Of a stretch of DNA of 7,422 nucleotides, positions 3,776-7,422 are shown piece by piece (position 1 is the stretch's first letter; every line of letters starts with the position of its first letter). The DNA is from an archaeon. Its GTDB lineage: Archaea; Iainarchaeota; Iainarchaeia; Iainarchaeales; CSSED10-239. The notes beneath the pieces are model-generated. The model did not search any database, was not told the origin of the DNA, and worked only from the letters and a program-made list of their open reading frames with translations. The translations under genes and the position numbers were made by a program. The DNA lies in NCBI GenBank assembly GCA_037147375.1, contig JBAWVI010000047.1, positions 1 through 7,422 of the forward strand, written 5' to 3'.

Positions 3776-5444
3776 ATTTTGAGTTATCGTGCATTCTTGC
3801 ATGTTGCTCATCTGTTAATAATATTCTTCTTGCTATCTGTGAGTAAACTGGTCTTGCAATTACAATACCAATTAATGTTCCAAGAAGGATTGTTATAGCA
3901 AACCCTATAAGCTTACTTATTCCTCCACCCATAATAACAATTGGAAGCATTGTTGCAATAACTGTTGATGCAGATGCAAATACAATAAAGAAAGCATGCT
4001 TAATCTTTGCTTTCAAGCTTTCTTGTGTATGCCCTTCAGCAACCTCTCTATGGTGTGCTTTACCTTTTAATAATTCATCAACAATAATTATTGATGAATC
4101 AGCACACGTTCCAATTGTTGCTAGTATTCCAGCAACAGCAGCAAGATCTAATCTGAAATTAATAAATGCAAGTAATCCTAAAAGAATAATAATTTCAGAT
4201 GATGCAGTTAAAATAATTGGAAGAGCGAGTTTTAAATATTTATATCTAATAAATAGTACAATTGAAACTAAGAGAATAGCAATAATACCAATAAGCAAAG
4301 AATAGTTTAAGAAATCCTTTCCAAGATATGGAGAAATAGATTCTGTACTAATACTATCTATTGGAATTGGAAGAGAACCAGATTCTAAGATTACTAATAA
4401 ATCATCAAGTCTAGCTTTTGCATTTGCTTCTCCAGTTGCGTTTCCTGTAATTGTTAATTGAGAGAATGTTTTAAATCTAGTTGATTCAATTGTTGGAACA
4501 TCCATGTTTGCAATTCCTGGTGTTATTGAAACAATTGACTTAAGTCCTGTTGCTTCCCAAATCCATGGTTGAGTTAATGATTTTTCTCTAACTATAACCT
4601 TGTATCCAATTTCTTCTAATTGCTTTTTAACGTTATCAGAAATTGCAGGAGAAACAATTGCTTTCTTATAAATATTATAATCTGTTGTTAATTTTGTGAT
4701 TTCTTCAACACTTAAACTATTTTTATCAACTGCATAATAGTTTGTGTTTAATTGCTCAAGAACATCTTCAATTGGTATGAATTGGCTTGCCATTTCAGGA
4801 GCAATTGGAACTTCTTGTTCCTCTAAGTATAATTCCTTATCCATTATTATTATAGAGTCTATTGGTCTATCAATAAAGAAATAAGTTTTTGAACATTCAT
4901 AATCACTATCACTTGTTCCTGATCCAATTGGTACACATTTATGGAAAGTCATTTTTGCAAACTTTTGTGCGCCCTCTGGTGAAAGAAGGAATGGAAGAGT
5001 CCATTGGTATGTTTTACTTTGCTTATCAACTTCTAAAAGCCCATAACCTTTAGATGGATCTTTAAATATTGATTTAATATCTTCTCCAGAGAAGAGAACT
5101 TCTCCATCAAGAACAGCTTCAAACTTACCTTGTTTTAATAAAGTTGCTTTTATTTTGTTTATTTCATCAGGATTAGATTCAGCTAGTTGCGCAATTATGT
5201 ATTGGGTACCTGATGGGGTAACCTTTGCATCCTTTGAACCTGACCAATCAAGTCTTCTTGAGATTACTGATGCAGTTTGATTTATTTCTTCAGGGGATAC
5301 TGGTTTTTCAAGAGCTATTTGAAAAGCTGTTCCTCCGGAAAAATCAACACCATACTTTAATCCTTTAGTTCCAAGTAAGACTAATGCAATTAAGATTAGT
5401 ACAATCCATAAAATAATTATTGGTTTTTTAAGTAATGTTCTCAT
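3774..5444 (-). CDS. secD: protein-export membrane protein SecD (archaeal type)
   Basis: 556-aa ORF with an ATG start and TAA stop. An N-terminal TM is followed by the GVDFSGG motif. A large extracytoplasmic domain of about 350 aa precedes a C-terminal 5-TM bundle containing LAAVAGILATIGTCADSSIIIVDE (SecD/SecF family pattern G.L..IG..VD..I.I.ER). It lies directly downstream of secF, as in other archaea. Confidence 0.85.
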   Translation of the reverse strand: MRTLLKKPIIILWIVLILIALVLLGTKGLKYGVDFSGGTAFQIALEKPVSPEEINQTASVISRRLDWSGSKDAKVTPSGTQYIIAQLAESNPDEINKIKATLLKQGKFEAVLDGEVLFSGEDIKSIFKDPSKGYGLLEVDKQSKTYQWTLPFLLSPEGAQKFAKMTFHKCVPIGSGTSDSDYECSKTYFFIDRPIDSIIIMDKELYLEEQEVPIAPEMASQFIPIEDVLEQLNTNYYAVDKNSLSVEEITKLTTDYNIYKKAIVSPAISDNVKKQLEEIGYKVIVREKSLTQPWIWEATGLKSIVSITPGIANMDVPTIESTRFKTFSQLTITGNATGEANAKARLDDLLVILESGSLPIPIDSISTESISPYLGKDFLNYSLLIGIIAILLVSIVLFIRYKYLKLALPIILTASSEIIILLGLLAFINFRLDLAAVAGILATIGTCADSSIIIVDELLKGKAHHREVAEGHTQESLKAKIKHAFFIVFASASTVIATMLPIVIMGGGISKLIGFAITILLGTLIGIVIARPVYSQIARRILLTDEQHARMHDNSK

Positions 5445-5472
5445 ATTTTTTCACATCTTTATTATAATAATT

Positions 5473-6576
5473 TTAATTATTTCCTTGTCTTCTTTTTTCT
5501 TTTGCGAGTACATAATTTAATAATGTTGGAGCATTAAAGAACCATGTAGCTACAATATCACCAATTAATCCAAATGCTAAGATGATTGCAATTTCATAAA
5601 TAACAAGCATTTGTGCAGCGTAAGATATTACAAGCATAGCAAGAACTGTTACCATAGTTGCAAAAGTCATGGTAAGTCCTGTTTTAATTGATTCGTTTGC
5701 AGCAGCAACTGGGTCTCCAGTCCTGTCTTTTAATACTCTTGTAGTTAAGAGAATATCAGTGTCTACAGAATAACCAATAAGCATTAATAGAGCAGGTATT
5801 GTTACTAAACTTAATGGTAAACCAAATATAGCCATACCAACTAGGCCTGCACCCATATCAAATAATGCAGAAAATATAATTAATGCTGATGGCATGATTT
5901 CTCTAAAAAAGAATAATATAACTAATATTAATAAAACAAATGCAGTTATTCCAACCTTGATTGCAGTTTTTACAAAATCAGATCCAAGTGTTGCTGCAAC
6001 TTCTCTTGATTGTATCTTTGAAGTATCATCTAAAGATAATTCTGTTTTAACAAGTACATTTATTTGTGAACTAAAGTTATTGCTTGCTACCATTAGTTTT
6101 TCTGTTAATAAAGTTTTTACTTCAGTTGTAGTTGTTGATTTATCTATATCAACTAAATCTGCTTCAGTTAAGTACTCACTTGTTATAAGTGGTGCTAAAG
6201 CTTCTTTTGATTGAGTTTTTACTTCTTCAAGAGATGAATTAACAAAATCTATTTTTTGTCTATTTGCTTTTGCAATATCAAGAACTTTTGGTTGAGCAAA
6301 TTCAATTAATAATCCATATGAAGTGATTGCTTTTGTTTCACTTATATGTACTTCACTTAATCCATATTCATTAATTAATTTGTTTTCAAGAGATGCATAG
6401 TCCTTTGGAGAATCAAAGTTTACAATTATTTGATATCCTCCTTTAAGATCAATTCCCTTTTGAATACCAGGGTAAATAAAAACAAGTATAATGATTGCAA
6501 CAAGCATAACTGCTGGGAGAATCAATAATCTATTGTATTTCTTATTATTATCATAAAGTTTATTCATAAGTCTCAT
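5473..6576 (-). CDS. secF: protein-export membrane protein SecF (archaeal type)
   Basis: 367-aa ORF with an ATG at 6576. An alternative ATG exists at 6567. An N-terminal TM is followed by GIDLKGG, then an extracytoplasmic domain and a 5-TM bundle with ALLMLIGYSVDTDILLTTRVLK (SecF pattern GYS.ND.IV..DR.RE). It ends 28 nt upstream of secD. Confidence 0.85.
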   Translation of the reverse strand: MRLMNKLYDNNKKYNRLLILPAVMLVAIIILVFIYPGIQKGIDLKGGYQIIVNFDSPKDYASLENKLINEYGLSEVHISETKAITSYGLLIEFAQPKVLDIAKANRQKIDFVNSSLEEVKTQSKEALAPLITSEYLTEADLVDIDKSTTTTEVKTLLTEKLMVASNNFSSQINVLVKTELSLDDTSKIQSREVAATLGSDFVKTAIKVGITAFVLLILVILFFFREIMPSALIIFSALFDMGAGLVGMAIFGLPLSLVTIPALLMLIGYSVDTDILLTTRVLKDRTGDPVAAANESIKTGLTMTFATMVTVLAMLVISYAAQMLVIYEIAIILAFGLIGDIVATWFFNAPTLLNYVLAKEKRRQGNN

Positions 6577-6594
6577 CTTTTAATTTTTGTTTTT

Positions 6595-6602
6595 TTATAT
6601 AA
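6595..6602 (-). promoter_or_regulatory. TATA-like box (TTATATAA, palindromic) for the secF-secD operon
   Basis: The element is centred about 23 nt upstream of the secF ATG at 6576, the same spacing seen at other genes in this window. The evidence is weak because the region is almost pure A+T. Confidence 0.3.
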
Positions 6603-6717
6603 GTTTATAAAAACTAATTAATAAAAAATTAGTAATATATTATATATTATGAGGAGAAATATATATAAATGTTAATTTAAGGTAAATAATACAAAATATT
6701 CTAAGAATTCACCACTC

Positions 6718-6725
6718 TTTAAATA
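6718..6725 (+). promoter_or_regulatory. consensus-like archaeal TATA box (TTTAAATA) for the Nog1-like GTPase gene
   Basis: TTTAAATA is centred about 26 nt upstream of the ATG at 6748, which predicts a leaderless mRNA. An in-frame stop at 6739..6741 fixes 6748 as the first possible start. Confidence 0.4.
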
Positions 6726-6747
6726 CTATTTCATACTTTAAGTATAT

Positions 6748-7422
6748 ATGAGATACCCACAATTATTCAAATCTAAAGAATTAATAGATATTGTTATTAA
6801 ACAGCTTAAAAAAGATCCAGAAACTAATAATAATATCTTTAAGTATGTTGATGAATTCCAACATAAAATAACTGAAAGATATGAAAAAATTGTTGGACAA
6901 TTACCAGATTATGAAAATATGGAACCTTATTATCTAATGATGTCAAAGAACATAATTTCTCAAGGTACAATGGAAAAACATAAGAATCATTATAGAGTAA
7001 CAATTACGGTTATTAATCAAATTTCTGAAAAATACAAGAAACAAATTAGAATTCAAAGACAATTGTCTGATAAAATTAAATTGCAAAGAGAATATCTTGG
7101 AAGAGTTATTTCTGCAATTAAGAAGCTTGATAAAACCACAGACATCTTATTTACTTACGCTGAGGAATTTAAGAGAATTCCTAATCCAAGAAAATTATTT
7201 ACAATTGTTCTTGTTGGAGTTCCAAACACAGGAAAAACAACATTCTTAACTCAATTAACTGATGCTGATCCAGAAATAAATAGTTATGCATTCACTACAA
7301 AATCATTAAACTTTGGATATTTTAAGAAAAGAGAAGAAATTATACAAGTTATTGATACTCCTGGGCTTATTCATTCTGAATTTAAGGATAGGAATATAAT
7401 TGAAAAGCAAGCAATTGTTGCA
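6748..7422 (+). CDS. Nog1-family GTP-binding protein, N-terminal 225 aa (partial, continues beyond the window)
   Basis: This ORF is absent from the supplied track because it has no stop in the window. My translation from the ATG at 6748 is open to 7422. An N-terminal helical domain is followed by G1 LVGVPNTGKTTFL, G2 FTTKSL and G3 VIDTPGL, then RNIIEKQAIVA. That order and spacing match archaeal/eukaryotic Nog1 (GYPNVGKSS...FTT......IDTPGLLDR....RN.IE.QAI.AL). Confidence 0.8.
   Translation, partial: MRYPQLFKSKELIDIVIKQLKKDPETNNNIFKYVDEFQHKITERYEKIVGQLPDYENMEPYYLMMSKNIISQGTMEKHKNHYRVTITVINQISEKYKKQIRIQRQLSDKIKLQREYLGRVISAIKKLDKTTDILFTYAEEFKRIPNPRKLFTIVLVGVPNTGKTTFLTQLTDADPEINSYAFTTKSLNFGYFKKREEIIQVIDTPGLIHSEFKDRNIIEKQAIVA

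Noticed and set aside
5894-6214. 106-aa plus-strand ORF inside secF
   Set aside because: It is a shadow ORF antisense to secF with no recognisable features.
6613-6633. 7-bp inverted repeat ACTAATT-N7-AATTAGT in the secF/Nog1 divergent intergenic region
   Set aside because: The stem has six A-T pairs and one G-C pair in an A+T-only region. It has marginal stability and marginal statistical significance.

Overview
This is a strongly AT-rich (roughly 70% A+T by eye) chromosomal segment that reads as archaeal, probably from a small-genome DPANN-like lineage. Four things support that: eS1/S3Ae (a ribosomal protein absent from bacteria), an archaeal-type uS15, a Nog1-family GTPase, and secF-secD in the archaeal gene order. 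Several genes also have a TATA-like box centred about 25 nt upstream of the ATG, implying leaderless or near-leaderless mRNAs. All stop codons are standard. Gene order: rps15, rps3ae and a DUF92/TMEM19-family membrane protein (+); a 142-aa minimal exosortase/archaeosortase-family protein (+); a convergent Bro-N/DinD-like gene (-); a divergent small Cys-rich membrane-anchored or secreted protein (+); a strong hairpin terminator; secD and secF (-); and the 5' part of a Nog1-like GTPase (+) that runs off the right edge. I recognised no rRNA, complete tRNA, CRISPR array, integrase or transposase. The most interesting material lies between the housekeeping blocks. (a) A miniature archaeosortase-like enzyme sits next to a DUF92 membrane protein, with no sorting-signal substrate in the window. 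(b) A two-gene divergent islet pairs a virus/bacteria-type Bro-N/DinD-like protein with a small protein carrying a symmetric C-X3-C-X3-C-X12-C-X3-C-X3-C motif. Their shared intergenic region holds a perfect 7-bp palindrome around a TATA box and an isolated GC-rich, tRNA-5'-end-like island. All functional calls come from by-eye motif recognition, since no searches could be run.
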